The translations under genes were made by a program, and so were the position numbers. From IMG/VR virus record IMGVR_UViG_3300032236_000753, positions 1-58,415 of that record: a stretch of DNA of 58,415 nt; one strand, written 5' to 3'. The notes under the pieces are model-generated. The model was given only the letters and a program-made list of their open reading frames with translations. It was not told the DNA's origin and did no database searches. The stretch comes from a virus (lineage: Duplodnaviria > Caudoviricetes). This document shows, one piece after another, positions 28,320 through 36,957 of this stretch (position 1 is its first letter; every line of letters begins with the position of its first letter).

Positions 28320-29822
28320 ATGACATCTTTGAGGGATTACCAAATCGACGCGCTGGACAAGCTTCGGTCTAGCTTGAAGGCTGGCAACCGGCGTCCGGTT
28401 GTCCAAATGCCGACAGGTGCTGGCAAGACCATCATGGCGGCTGCGATCATCCAAGCTGCCCGTGAGAACGACAAGCGGGTGATGTTCACTGTGCCTGCGC
28501 TGAGTTTGATCGATCAGACTGTGCAACGGTTTGAGAATTTTGGCATTACCGACATCGGGGTGATCCAAGCGGATCATTGGATGACCGATGCTTCGATGCC
28601 GGTGCAGGTAGCCTCGGTGCAAACGCTCAACCGGCGTAAAATACCCAAGGTTGATCTTGTGATAGTGGATGAGGCTCATATCCGATTTGGTCTTTACGAT
28701 CAATGGTTTAAACAAGAATCTTGGCAAAAGACTCCAATCATTGGGTTGTCTGCGACACCCTGGGCCAAAGGGATGGGTTTAATTTGGGATGATTTGATTA
28801 TCGGCACGACAATCGATGATTTAATCAAAACCGGACACTTGTGTGATTACAAAGTTTTTGCGCCGAGCCACCCGGATCTAGCCGGGGTAAAAACCCGCAT
28901 GGGTGATTATGAGGTTGACGCGCTGGGCGCCGCCATGAGCAAAAAAGATCTTGTGGCAGACATTGTGTCAACGTGGCTTGAGCGTGGCGAAAAGCGACCG
29001 ACAATTTGTTTTTGCGTCAATAGGTTACATGCAAAGTACGTGCAGGAACAGTTTATTGAGGCTGGCGTTCGATGCGAGTATCAAGATGCGTACACGGATC
29101 GTGAAGAACGCAAATCGATTGCTAAGCGGTTTGAGGATGGTGACTGTCAAATAGTTTGCAATGTCGGAACTTTGACAACCGGCGTTGACTGGGATGTTCG
29201 CTGCATCATTTTGGCGCGACCGACGAAAAGTGAAATGCTTTTTGTCCAGATGGTTGGGCGTGGTTTGCGTACTGCGCCGGGAAAAGACCACTGCGTTATT
29301 TTAGACCATTCGGACACCACCAGCCGATTGGGATTTGTGTCGGACATACACCACAATAGGTTGTCTGTTAGCCAGTCGGATTTGCTTGAAAAAGAGGCTC
29401 GCCAAGAGCCGCTCCCCAAAGAATGCCCCCAATGTCATTTCCTGCGACCGCCGAAGATCTCGGTGTGTCCTGCATGTGGTCATCAGCCTGTTGCTGTGAA
29501 CAAGGTGCATTCTATCGCGGGCGAACTATCGGAACTTTCGCGTAATGGAAAGGCTGCATCTCAGGTTCAGGTTGATGAAGCTGAGAAGGAGCTATTTTGG
29601 CGTGAGCTTTTGACCTATGGTCGTCTCAAGAACTATAAATCCGGCTGGGCGTGGTACAAATTTATCGAGAAATTCGGGATGAAAGCGTGGAATCATTATT
29701 CGACCGACAATGTGGATGAGATCCGACCGGCAACGAAGGCGTGGATCAAGCATCGCCTCATTGCGGTTGCTAAAGCTAGGCAAAAAATTCAATCAGTGAT
29801 TCAGGTGCAAAATGTCCATTAG
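28320..29822 (+). CDS. SF2 DEAD/DEAH-box helicase (RadD/YejH-like) with C-terminal Zn ribbon
   Basis: LRDYQ, MPTGAGKT, DEAH, SAT, QMVGRGLR, CPQC...CPAC. Confidence 0.92.
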   Translation: MTSLRDYQIDALDKLRSSLKAGNRRPVVQMPTGAGKTIMAAAIIQAARENDKRVMFTVPALSLIDQTVQRFENFGITDIGVIQADHWMTDASMPVQVASVQTLNRRKIPKVDLVIVDEAHIRFGLYDQWFKQESWQKTPIIGLSATPWAKGMGLIWDDLIIGTTIDDLIKTGHLCDYKVFAPSHPDLAGVKTRMGDYEVDALGAAMSKKDLVADIVSTWLERGEKRPTICFCVNRLHAKYVQEQFIEAGVRCEYQDAYTDREERKSIAKRFEDGDCQIVCNVGTLTTGVDWDVRCIILARPTKSEMLFVQMVGRGLRTAPGKDHCVILDHSDTTSRLGFVSDIHHNRLSVSQSDLLEKEARQEPLPKECPQCHFLRPPKISVCPACGHQPVAVNKVHSIAGELSELSRNGKAASQVQVDEAEKELFWRELLTYGRLKNYKSGWAWYKFIEKFGMKAWNHYSTDNVDEIRPATKAWIKHRLIAVAKARQKIQSVIQVQNVH

Positions 29823-30738
29823 AGAGGATGCCCAAGGACATTGGATGGAAATTTTGTTGGCGGTTGGCATCGACCGATCTTTTTTACGTAATAGCCATGG
29901 TCCGTGCCCGTCATGTGGGGGTAAAGACCGATTCAGGTGGGATAATCACAACCAAAAGGGTGGTTTTATCTGTAACCACTGCGGCGCAGGTGATGGGTTT
30001 AAGCTTGCAGAATTGTGCGGCATAGGGTTCCGCCAGGTTTGCGATATTATTCGTGGTTTGGGCATATCGACCGACCAAACAGGCGTTCAACGTATAAGTG
30101 GGGAGGAAGACCATCGTCTACGGGATCGGATGCAATCTGTCTGGATGGGCGCAAAGGCTCTGAGTCGGGGATCCCCAACGGATAAATACCTGACCCGACG
30201 CATGGGTACTTTTTTGGATCTTTCGCGGGTGCGTTATGTCAAGGAGTGCTTTGACATTTGGCATCCTTTTGACCAAAAACGCTATCCAGCGGCGATGGTT
30301 TGCAAGATTGCTCACGAGGGGCGCGCTGTTAACCTGCATCTGACCTATCTGGACAACGATGGGTTACGCATTGAAACGGGGAAACCGAAGCTGGTGATGG
30401 CTGGCAAGCTTCCTGCGGGGTGCGCGATCCAATTAGCGGATCATGGCGACCATTTGGGCATTGCGGAGGGCGTTGAAACTGCCTTGGCTTGCCAGATGCT
30501 GACGGGGATCCCGACTTGGGCGGCGATTAACGCCACGTTATTGTCTCAGTGGGTCCCGCCAGCGGGTGTCAAAAAAGTGACAGTATTTGGTGATAATGAT
30601 TTGAGCTATACGGGACAGGCTAAGGCGTATTGCTTAGCTAACCGATTGGTGGTAAAGGAGAAATTATCTGTCTCAGTGCAATTGCCAGAGACCGATGGGG
30701 CCGATTGGGCCGATATAGTGGCGGCGGGCGCACGTTAG
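29812..30738 (+). CDS. DNA primase (Zn-ribbon + Toprim; P4 alpha-like primase domain)
   Basis: HGPCPSCGGKDRFRW, CNHCGAGDG, IAEGVETALA, GDND and DWAD motifs. Confidence 0.88.
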   Translation: MSIREDAQGHWMEILLAVGIDRSFLRNSHGPCPSCGGKDRFRWDNHNQKGGFICNHCGAGDGFKLAELCGIGFRQVCDIIRGLGISTDQTGVQRISGEEDHRLRDRMQSVWMGAKALSRGSPTDKYLTRRMGTFLDLSRVRYVKECFDIWHPFDQKRYPAAMVCKIAHEGRAVNLHLTYLDNDGLRIETGKPKLVMAGKLPAGCAIQLADHGDHLGIAEGVETALACQMLTGIPTWAAINATLLSQWVPPAGVKKVTVFGDNDLSYTGQAKAYCLANRLVVKEKLSVSVQLPETDGADWADIVAAGAR

Positions 30739-30752
30739 TGGCCCGCCGTTTT
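30722..30752 (+). terminator. Rho-independent terminator between convergent operons
   Basis: CGGCGGGC...GCCCGCCG followed by TTTT. Confidence 0.6.
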
Positions 30753-30756
30753 ATAT

Positions 30757-31053
30757 TCACACACACATGTGGTCGCTTGGAAGCTCGAACGATTTAAACC
30801 ATTCGACAGTTTCCCGATGGCAATATTCATTGCCTGTATCGTAGATTTCCCACACAAGTTCTGCGACCTTGGCGGTTATATCTGACCAAGTGCCGACTTC
30901 ATCCAACCATAGAATGGCTTTGATTGTGTTTGGATCATCAATTTGCATGGAGTAGATCCAATCGACCATTGCCTCGACCGACCGAAATGGTTGTTCATCC
31001 ATCCATGGCTTGCGGTCTTGACCTTTGAACATGATGATACCGAATGATTCCAT
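30757..31053 (-). CDS. Hypothetical protein
   Basis: GGAGG RBS; minus-strand operon. Confidence 0.65.
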   Translation of the reverse strand: MESFGIIMFKGQDRKPWMDEQPFRSVEAMVDWIYSMQIDDPNTIKAILWLDEVGTWSDITAKVAELVWEIYDTGNEYCHRETVEWFKSFELPSDHMCV

Positions 31054-31057
31054 AGCT

Positions 31058-31183
31058 TTATCCTCCGATTGCGATGATGCCAGCCAAGATAGCTGCTACT
31101 GCGATTGTGATAGCCGCCGCCCATAGGGCGATGGCTGTTATTTCGAATAGGGCGACCAATGCCCATGAGACCAATCGTGACAT
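31058..31183 (-). CDS. Small membrane protein (41 aa), not in the ORF track
   Basis: MSRLVSWALVALFEITAIALWAAAITIAVAAILAGIIAIGG; coupled to the upstream stop. Confidence 0.55.
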   Translation of the reverse strand: MSRLVSWALVALFEITAIALWAAAITIAVAAILAGIIAIGG

Positions 31184-31443
31184 TATGCCATCGCCCAATC
31201 ACAAGCAAAATCTAAATACGTTTCTTCTAAAATATACCATTCATCATCAGATAGATAAAATACGTTATTTGATTGCTCTATTGCATCATGATAAGCGTCA
31301 GCATAGCTTTCACTAAATTCTTTGTGCATAGAATACATATGATGAATGGCTTTTTCTCGTGTTGTAAATGCGCTTGCGCTAGGCTCATCCATTTGGAGAC
31401 CGTAGTGGATTGTGAGCCAAATTTTCTGCATGTGTTTTGTCAT
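31183..31443 (-). CDS. Hypothetical protein
   Basis: AAGGAA RBS; downstream of a TTGACT promoter-like element. Confidence 0.65.
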   Translation of the reverse strand: MTKHMQKIWLTIHYGLQMDEPSASAFTTREKAIHHMYSMHKEFSESYADAYHDAIEQSNNVFYLSDDEWYILEETYLDFACDWAMA

Positions 31444-31470
31444 GTTCTGTTCCTTTCCATTGTTTTAATC

Positions 31471-31571
31471 GACCGACCGACCATCGACCGACCGATATGA
31501 CAGTTTGGCACACGACCGACTTATAGTCAAGTGACCGACCGACCGACCGACCATTGACCGACCGACCGACC
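31471..31571. repeat. (GACC)n tetranucleotide array, about 15 units in five runs
   Basis: Runs at 31471, 31486, 31514, 31533 and 31556 surround a minus-strand TTGACT at 31525-31530. Confidence 0.9.
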
Positions 31572-31761
31572 AACAGATAATGCGCCGCGACTGATTATCC
31601 GACCGGCGCATTTGCACATTTCGCCTGGGTTGTCGTGATTATTGGCGGCGCCCCTGGACTCCCCTGGGCACAGCTTAACCATGGCTATATGGCAGATTTA
31701 ACATAAACATTGCTTTAGCTCCAGGGGATACTTGGGCTTTGCTTTAACAAGTGGGGGATTG

Positions 31762-31977
31762 TTAGCGTGCTAGCCGTTTGCGCTTTGTCAATTCAACGGT
31801 TATTGCATCGAATTCGGCTAGTAGCTTGGCTACGTACGGGTCTCTTGTATCCCTTTCGCGATATATGGGGAGCGTAGCGGCTATATCGCGCCTAGCGTGG
31901 TCCAATTCGGCTATAGGCTTGCGCTTGGCTTGCGCTTCATACCATGCGAGAGAATACGGGGCGGGGCTTATCTTCAT
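31762..31977 (-). CDS. Hypothetical early protein
   Basis: GAAAGG leader; start re-placed at MKISPAPY. Confidence 0.6.
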   Translation of the reverse strand: MKISPAPYSLAWYEAQAKRKPIAELDHARRDIAATLPIYRERDTRDPYVAKLLAEFDAITVELTKRKRLAR

Positions 31978-32065
31978 AGCTTGGGCCTTTCGGTTAGGGT
32001 TAGCTGTTAGGGTTACTGGCAGACAATAGGCGCAGAAAAGCCGGGGAAAGCCCCGGCTCATTTGA

Positions 32066-32146
32066 TTAGACGAAACACAAGGCGCAAAGCGCGCCCACGA
32101 AAAGCCAACAAGCTAAAGCGGCTACGGCTTCAATTGCTTTCCCCAT
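32066..32146 (-). CDS. Very small hydrophobic peptide (26 aa)
   Basis: MGKAIEAVAALACWLFVGALCALCFV preceded by GAAAGGCCTAAAGCT. Confidence 0.4.
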   Translation of the reverse strand: MGKAIEAVAALACWLFVGALCALCFV

Positions 32147-32150
32147 AGCT

Positions 32151-32384
32151 TTAGGCCTTTCCATATAAGCGCGCCAAGCGGCTTTCATGAATTGCGTCCC
32201 TTGCAGCATTACAAGCCTTACAATACGCTTTCCAGCGTTTCAGAACGAAATTAGCGGCTTCTAGACGTTCCCTTTCGGCTTCCGTGTTTAGGTAGCTTCC
32301 GAAAACTAGGGCTAGCGCCATATTTTGCACTTCATAGCGGGCGCGATTAATCCCTAGCGCGGCTATTGCTCTGTTCATGTCCAT
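32151..32384 (-). CDS. Hypothetical early protein
   Basis: GGGGAAAAGCA-ATG leader. Confidence 0.6.
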   Translation of the reverse strand: MDMNRAIAALGINRARYEVQNMALALVFGSYLNTEAERERLEAANFVLKRWKAYCKACNAARDAIHESRLARLYGKA

Positions 32385-32430
32385 TGCTTTTCCCCATAGG
32401 TTAGAGCGCGCTTTTTATAGCGCGCTCGAG

Positions 32431-32446
32431 TTAACATAGGCTTAAC
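32431..32446. promoter_or_regulatory. CtrA-box-like site
   Basis: Intergenic TTAA-CATAGGC-TTAAC; matches TTAA-N7-TTAAC on both strands. Confidence 0.4.
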
Positions 32447-32448
32447 GA

Positions 32449-33213
32449 CTAAGCCGCAAAGCGTTCACGATCAAAAAGCGTAGTACTAGCTTTGTCGCCG
32501 TGTTGCACCACAAAGCCGGAAGATATGTCACGCTTGGCTTTGTTCCCTTTCGGGGAAAGCCCTATCACCACGCCCTTGGGGCGCAAGTGCAAGAGGTCGT
32601 GATCATCCCCATTCACGACCCGGAAGCCATGCCACAAAGCCGGAAGCCCATGGGCAAAAACAACGGCTACATTGCCCCCGGCTTTTAGCACTTCTAAGCT
32701 TGCGCTCTCATTTATTTCTGAACGGCTAAAAGTTAAGCTATAGTTAGCCGGAAGCTTCCCTTGCACATAAGCCAAGGCGCGCTTTTTGCTTTTCGTATAA
32801 TCTACGAATTGCAGATCGGGGAAAGTCTCGGGGATGGAAAGCCCATTGTAGCGTAAACCTTCCCAAGCGAGATCCGTTGAACCATTTAAGCGAACGCAAA
32901 GCTTTAAACCTTCCCTGTTGGCTTTCGCATAAGCTAGCTCAATTGCGTGAATGATATCGGCCAAATAGGCCTTACGGTCTCGCATAAAGCGGCGAGCTTT
33001 GACAATGCGGCTTTGCACTACGCTAGGGTAGTAGATAGCCGCCCCGCTTGTCGTACCTAAGCAAAGCGCAATGCAAGCGGGGCTTGCGTCACCACAAAGG
33101 TTACCTACCCCGGCTAGCTTGTGGGGCGCCATATAGTGAATAGCGTTTAGATAGCCGAATCTTACGGCTTTAGCCGCCTTGGGGTTATCTAGGCTAAATA
33201 TCCTATTTTCCAT
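32449..33213 (-). CDS. Gp88-like protein with a C-x6-C-x3-C cysteine cluster
   Basis: NLCGDASPACIALCL, VRLNGSTD, F-x-DYTK, NY-x-LTFS, GGNVAVVF and NGDDHDL motifs. Confidence 0.7.
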   Translation of the reverse strand: MENRIFSLDNPKAAKAVRFGYLNAIHYMAPHKLAGVGNLCGDASPACIALCLGTTSGAAIYYPSVVQSRIVKARRFMRDRKAYLADIIHAIELAYAKANREGLKLCVRLNGSTDLAWEGLRYNGLSIPETFPDLQFVDYTKSKKRALAYVQGKLPANYSLTFSRSEINESASLEVLKAGGNVAVVFAHGLPALWHGFRVVNGDDHDLLHLRPKGVVIGLSPKGNKAKRDISSGFVVQHGDKASTTLFDRERFAA

Positions 33214-33296
33214 AGCTTTTACCTTTCATAGCTTTTCGCCTGCCAATGCAAACGGCAATGGGAACAGCTAGGCCATTCCCATAAACTCTTGCACTG

Positions 33297-33713
33297 TTAA
33301 TCCATACGGCTTCCGCTGAAAGCCGCAAAGCCCGCTTCCCTGAACGCTTGCGCCATTGCATAGGCGTGGGTTTCTTTACGCGCCATGGATTGTCCATGTG
33401 CGCTAATCCATATTTCTGCGCCCCCATAATACCCCTTTCTTGCGTGGCCGTTTTTTATAAGCCATCTGCCAAATGAGCTATTTGCGGGCTTTACAGTAAC
33501 CCACGCAAAGCCGCACGCGCCTTCCGAAACGTGATATACTTTCCCCGTAGCCGGGTCGTGAACGCACATTTCGGGGGGGGTTATCATTTCGGCTTTAGCG
33601 AAACCTTCCCTATTGGCGCGGGCTAGCAATTGAGCGAAATTTTCGTAAAGCTTGGCGCGCTCTTGCTTTTCGGCGGCAATCTTTTCGCGCAAGCTGTTGT
33701 ATTGCTTTTCCAT
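33297..33713 (-). CDS. Conserved-looking hypothetical early protein
   Basis: GACGFAWV...FGRWL...GQSMARKE motif; GAAAGG leader. Confidence 0.7.
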   Translation of the reverse strand: MEKQYNSLREKIAAEKQERAKLYENFAQLLARANREGFAKAEMITPPEMCVHDPATGKVYHVSEGACGFAWVTVKPANSSFGRWLIKNGHARKGYYGGAEIWISAHGQSMARKETHAYAMAQAFREAGFAAFSGSRMD

Positions 33714-33728
33714 GGCATTTACCTTTCT

Positions 33729-33902
33729 TTAGATCGTGGGGGTTTCAACGGTTATTGCATAGCCCATGTTCTTGATTATGCGGATCGCATGATCGGTTAG
33801 TGTTTTGTTGCCCGTTAAAGCTGCTAGGGCTTTAGCAGTCTCGCAAACGGGGTAAACCGTAGGATTGCCGTAAACTTGCTTTATTCTAACTGTGATCATC
33901 AT
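33729..33902 (-). CDS. Small early protein (57 aa), not in the ORF track
   Basis: MMITVRIKQVYGNPTVYPVCETAKALAALTGNKTLT...; GAAAGGTTAAAGCC leader. Confidence 0.7.
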   Translation of the reverse strand: MMITVRIKQVYGNPTVYPVCETAKALAALTGNKTLTDHAIRIIKNMGYAITVETPTI

Positions 33903-33951
33903 GGCTTTAACCTTTCGGGAGATAGAGCGGGGCTTTCGCCCCGCTGTTGAG

Positions 33952-34122
33952 TTAGAAGTTATGGGGAGTAACCCCGCGCGCTTTGCAAATTGCTAGGGCT
34001 TCACGTTTCCCTTTTACGGCGATCCGCTCGCCTTGTTGGAATTCTGCGCCATTGCAAGGGCGAGCGCAGATGGTCAATTCGAAGTTTCCCTTGCCGCGCG
34101 CCTTGTGAAAATATGCGATCAT
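33952..34122 (-). CDS. Small early protein (56 aa), not in the ORF track
   Basis: MIAYFHKARGKGNFELTICARPC...; first ORF after the strong promoter. Confidence 0.6.
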   Translation of the reverse strand: MIAYFHKARGKGNFELTICARPCNGAEFQQGERIAVKGKREALAICKARGVTPHNF

Positions 34123-34157
34123 TTGACTAGCCCCGTGTTTGATTGCTTACAGTTACG

Positions 34158-34186
34158 CTTATAGGTCTCACGGGAGCGCATGTCAA
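34158..34186 (-). promoter_or_regulatory. Strong sigma70-type early promoter
   Basis: Minus strand TTGACA-N17-TATAAG. Confidence 0.75.
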
Positions 34187-34358
34187 ATTGGCAGATTGTG
34201 GAAAGAAAAGCGTAGTGTTTTCAATGATTTACTTTTTGGGCTTTTTGGGGTATTTTTATTGAGTCGCGCAGAAATTTCGCAAGCTTTTCAGCAGCTTATC
34301 GGTAAAGCGTGACTGTTTTCAGGGGCGAAATTAGCAAGGCGCGCTTTAGGGGCGAAAT

Positions 34359-35042
34359 ATGGCGAAAGCGGCAAAAAAAACGGAAGCGGCTAGCACTGGC
34401 AAGCCAAGGGAAGCCGTAAGCGTGAGAGAGCTAAAGCTAACCCCGCCGGGGATATTGCCGCCAACTAGGGAAGATTGGAACGCGAAATATAAAGCCGTAA
34501 GCACTGAGCGCGCAGGGAAGGCCCTAGAAGCCGTAAAGAAGCCCAATGGGCGCCCTAGCAGATACACGGAAGAAATAGCGGATCAATTAATAGAGCTAGT
34601 AGCTAGCGGGGTTACAGTTTCGCAAGCTTGCGCTGTTTTGGGGCTACCACGTAAGACATTGGAAACGTGGTTAGGGAATGGGAAGCCTGAGATTGAAGCT
34701 TTTAAGGTTAGGCTTGCGCGCGCCCGAAATGACGGGGGAGAAGCCCTAGCCGGGGAAGCGTTGCAAGTAGCCCGCGAAACCTATGCGAAAGAAGAAGTGA
34801 CTAGCGCGCAAGTGCAAGCTGCTACGCTTCTAACTAACGTACTCAAATGGCAGGCAGGGGTTTTGAACACAAGCTATAATCCTAACGCTATCAAACACTT
34901 AGAGATAACCGGGGCGAATGGCGCGCCATTAAACGCGCCTGTTGTAATAGATGCGCGATCGTTGCCCGACGATCAAAGAGAGGCAGTAAGACAAGCCTTG
35001 CTAGCCATGCGTGGCGATAGCGCGAAAACCATCGACGGTTAA
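34359..35042 (+). CDS. terS: Terminase small subunit (Sf6-like HTH type)
   Basis: GRPSRYTEEIADQLIELVASG...TLETWL...ARAR...LKWQAG motifs. Confidence 0.75.
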   Translation: MAKAAKKTEAASTGKPREAVSVRELKLTPPGILPPTREDWNAKYKAVSTERAGKALEAVKKPNGRPSRYTEEIADQLIELVASGVTVSQACAVLGLPRKTLETWLGNGKPEIEAFKVRLARARNDGGEALAGEALQVARETYAKEEVTSAQVQAATLLTNVLKWQAGVLNTSYNPNAIKHLEITGANGAPLNAPVVIDARSLPDDQREAVRQALLAMRGDSAKTIDG

Positions 35043-35047
35043 AAACG

Positions 35048-35122
35048 TAATGATATCAATGGGTTAGCTCGGCGGCGATTCTGCGCTGGCGGAAAATGTT
35101 TAATGATATCAAGGGGTTAGCT
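35048..35122 (+). promoter_or_regulatory. Two IHF-consensus sites within a 22-bp direct repeat
   Basis: TAATGATATCAA(T/G)GGGTTAGCT at 35048 and 35101; each contains WATCAANNNNTTR. Confidence 0.6.
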
Positions 35123-35338
35123 GGGAAAAAGGGGGATACCTTAGTTTTTTGGGTCCCGGCAAACCGACCACCGACACCCCGCCTATTGAACAGGAGTCCC
35201 AGGCTTAAGCCTGAACCCCTCACCTCAATATACGCCCCACAAAACTAAACTATACGCGCTTGACTATTCTCAAAATAGGATCAATATAGGCGCAGTCTCA
35301 ATATAGGATCACTGGTATCTATAGGGGTATATAGGGGT

Positions 35339-35641
35339 ATGGTTATAGAGGTACGGGATATATTGCCTAAGAAGGGTATGGGTAATGGGGCCCCCGGAAA
35401 GGTACCTGGGAAAGTTTCTGGCTCTATGGGTCCCTCAAATGGGTCCCCTGTGGGGGTAGGGGGTAATACCCAGGCTGCTACGGCTGGCCAGCCATTGGGT
35501 GGGTATATAGGGCGACCTAGGTTGGAGGAGGTGCCGTATACCTTTGAAGCAACTAAGCCTTGGGAAACTGGTAAGGTTAAGATGTCTAGGGCGACTTGGT
35601 ATCGGCGTCGGCGTGAGGCGTTGGCCAATAAGAAGCCTTAA
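35339..35641 (+). CDS. Hypothetical protein with C-terminal HTH-like KPW...SRATWYRR motif
   Basis: Motif at the C-terminus; start uncertain; G-rich low-complexity DNA. Confidence 0.5.
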   Translation: MVIEVRDILPKKGMGNGAPGKVPGKVSGSMGPSNGSPVGVGGNTQAATAGQPLGGYIGRPRLEEVPYTFEATKPWETGKVKMSRATWYRRRREALANKKP

Positions 35642-35677
35642 GTGTTTGTAATTTAACATGAATAGGGGAAAATAACA

Positions 35678-36049
35678 ATGATAGAGTATGCAAAACGGCA
35701 ATGGTTACGTTTTAAGCAAGCTTGGAGAGCGTTTAAACGTGAGTGGTTGTTCAACCATGTTGATCGTTCAGATCATGTTAAGGTTGACCGATCTTTTCAA
35801 ATTATGGGTCTTGGGCGTCTTAGGGATCCTAATAGCTATCCAGACGGCAGCTTTGATATGTTGCCGTCGTATTATGGCCAAGCTTTAACCAGATTTGATG
35901 GTCATGTTTTTACGCTTAAGCATACGCACTATAATCCCAAAACCATGGAAGTGAGGTACTTGGAGACAGATCAGCCAGCAGACGGATTTATTGTACTGAC
36001 AGAAACTTGGTTACGCCAAGACCCTCAAACGCCGGATCCTTTCAGATGA
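35678..36049 (+). CDS. Hypothetical protein
   Basis: AGGGG RBS. Confidence 0.6.
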   Translation: MIEYAKRQWLRFKQAWRAFKREWLFNHVDRSDHVKVDRSFQIMGLGRLRDPNSYPDGSFDMLPSYYGQALTRFDGHVFTLKHTHYNPKTMEVRYLETDQPADGFIVLTETWLRQDPQTPDPFR

Positions 36050-36294
36050 ACACGTCAACAATCAGCAGCTTGATGGAAAAGGTCTTATCCTATCCTGCAT
36101 ACAACAAAGACTTGGCTTTGTTTTATATGGACAAGTACGAACCGGCTTGGTCGGCTGAGTATTGTAACCCAGCGTCGCATTGCGTCATGCTGGGCGAAGC
36201 ATCCGGTGATTTTGTTGGATCAGGCAAGACGCCGGAAGAAGCTTTGGAAAATTTGATCAAGGCGCTGGATAGCCATAACTGGGACGATCCGTGA
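36046..36294 (+). CDS. Hypothetical protein
   Basis: ATGA-coupled start; C-terminal GSGKTPEEALENL. Confidence 0.55.
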   Translation: MNTSTISSLMEKVLSYPAYNKDLALFYMDKYEPAWSAEYCNPASHCVMLGEASGDFVGSGKTPEEALENLIKALDSHNWDDP

Positions 36295-36307
36295 TTTTAT
36301 GCCATGT

Positions 36308-36350
36308 ATGTCAAATTATATATTGACATGCTTGGCTGTTTTGGTAGGGT
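36308..36350 (+). promoter_or_regulatory. Promoter-like element within an ATGTCAA-N8-TTGACAT inverted repeat
   Basis: Same half-site as the palindrome at 23919; TTGACA at 36323. Confidence 0.45.
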
Positions 36351-36374
36351 TCACCGTCAACAAGGGGAATAGCA

Positions 36375-36575
36375 ATGGAAAAGCCAAAATCAAAACGTGG
36401 GTTTGCCAGCATGTCGTTGGAAAAGCGCCGTGCAATAGCTTCTATGGGTGGCAAAGCTTGTCCAAGTGAAAAGCGCCAGTTTTTTGTTAATAGAGAACTT
36501 GCCCGGCTGGCTGGCCAAAAAGGTAAAAGATTGAAAAAAACAACTCAAACAACGGAGCATAACAATGTCGCCTAA
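36375..36575 (+). CDS. KGG-repeat (stress-induced motif) protein
   Basis: RGFASMSLEKRRAIASMGGKA...F-x-x-NRELARLAGQKG. Confidence 0.75.
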   Translation: MEKPKSKRGFASMSLEKRRAIASMGGKACPSEKRQFFVNRELARLAGQKGKRLKKTTQTTEHNNVA

Positions 36576-36957
36576 AGACAAGATGCTCATTGAAGTTGAA
36601 GTTTCGTTCAACGAATTTGTATCCGTGATCACAAAAGAATTTGGAACAAAGTTTCCACAGGCTTTGCGTGATCAATTTATGAATGCGTCAGCTATCGATG
36701 ACGGCGATCTAAATAACTTGAAAACAACAATTAGACGCACGGGCAAATGGCTGTGGAACTATCAGTATGGCGCTACAGGGATTGTGTCCGAACAAATTGT
36801 CGAGTCACGGAAGGCAATAGAGCAGCTAGTGTCTATCCTGCACATTGGCCAAGCTTATCCTGAAAAAGCAGCGGCGCGGGCTATAAAACTGCGCCCCAAA
36901 CTTGTGCTTGATAAAAAACCAAAAATTATTTTGGAGGAACAAGATGCAGACGCTTGA
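36565..36957 (+). CDS. Hypothetical protein
   Basis: GGAG RBS; coupled ORF. Confidence 0.6.
   Translation: MSPKDKMLIEVEVSFNEFVSVITKEFGTKFPQALRDQFMNASAIDDGDLNNLKTTIRRTGKWLWNYQYGATGIVSEQIVESRKAIEQLVSILHIGQAYPEKAAARAIKLRPKLVLDKKPKIILEEQDADA

Noticed and set aside
31471-31571. CRISPR array, or ORFs 31385..31573 and 31273..31500
   Set aside because: Simple 4-bp repeats; these ORFs are just translations of the repeat (VGRS/DRPT) without an RBS.
36046-36294. HicB-like antitoxin
   Set aside because: Only a short GxTxEEALxN resemblance and no adjacent HicA-like gene.
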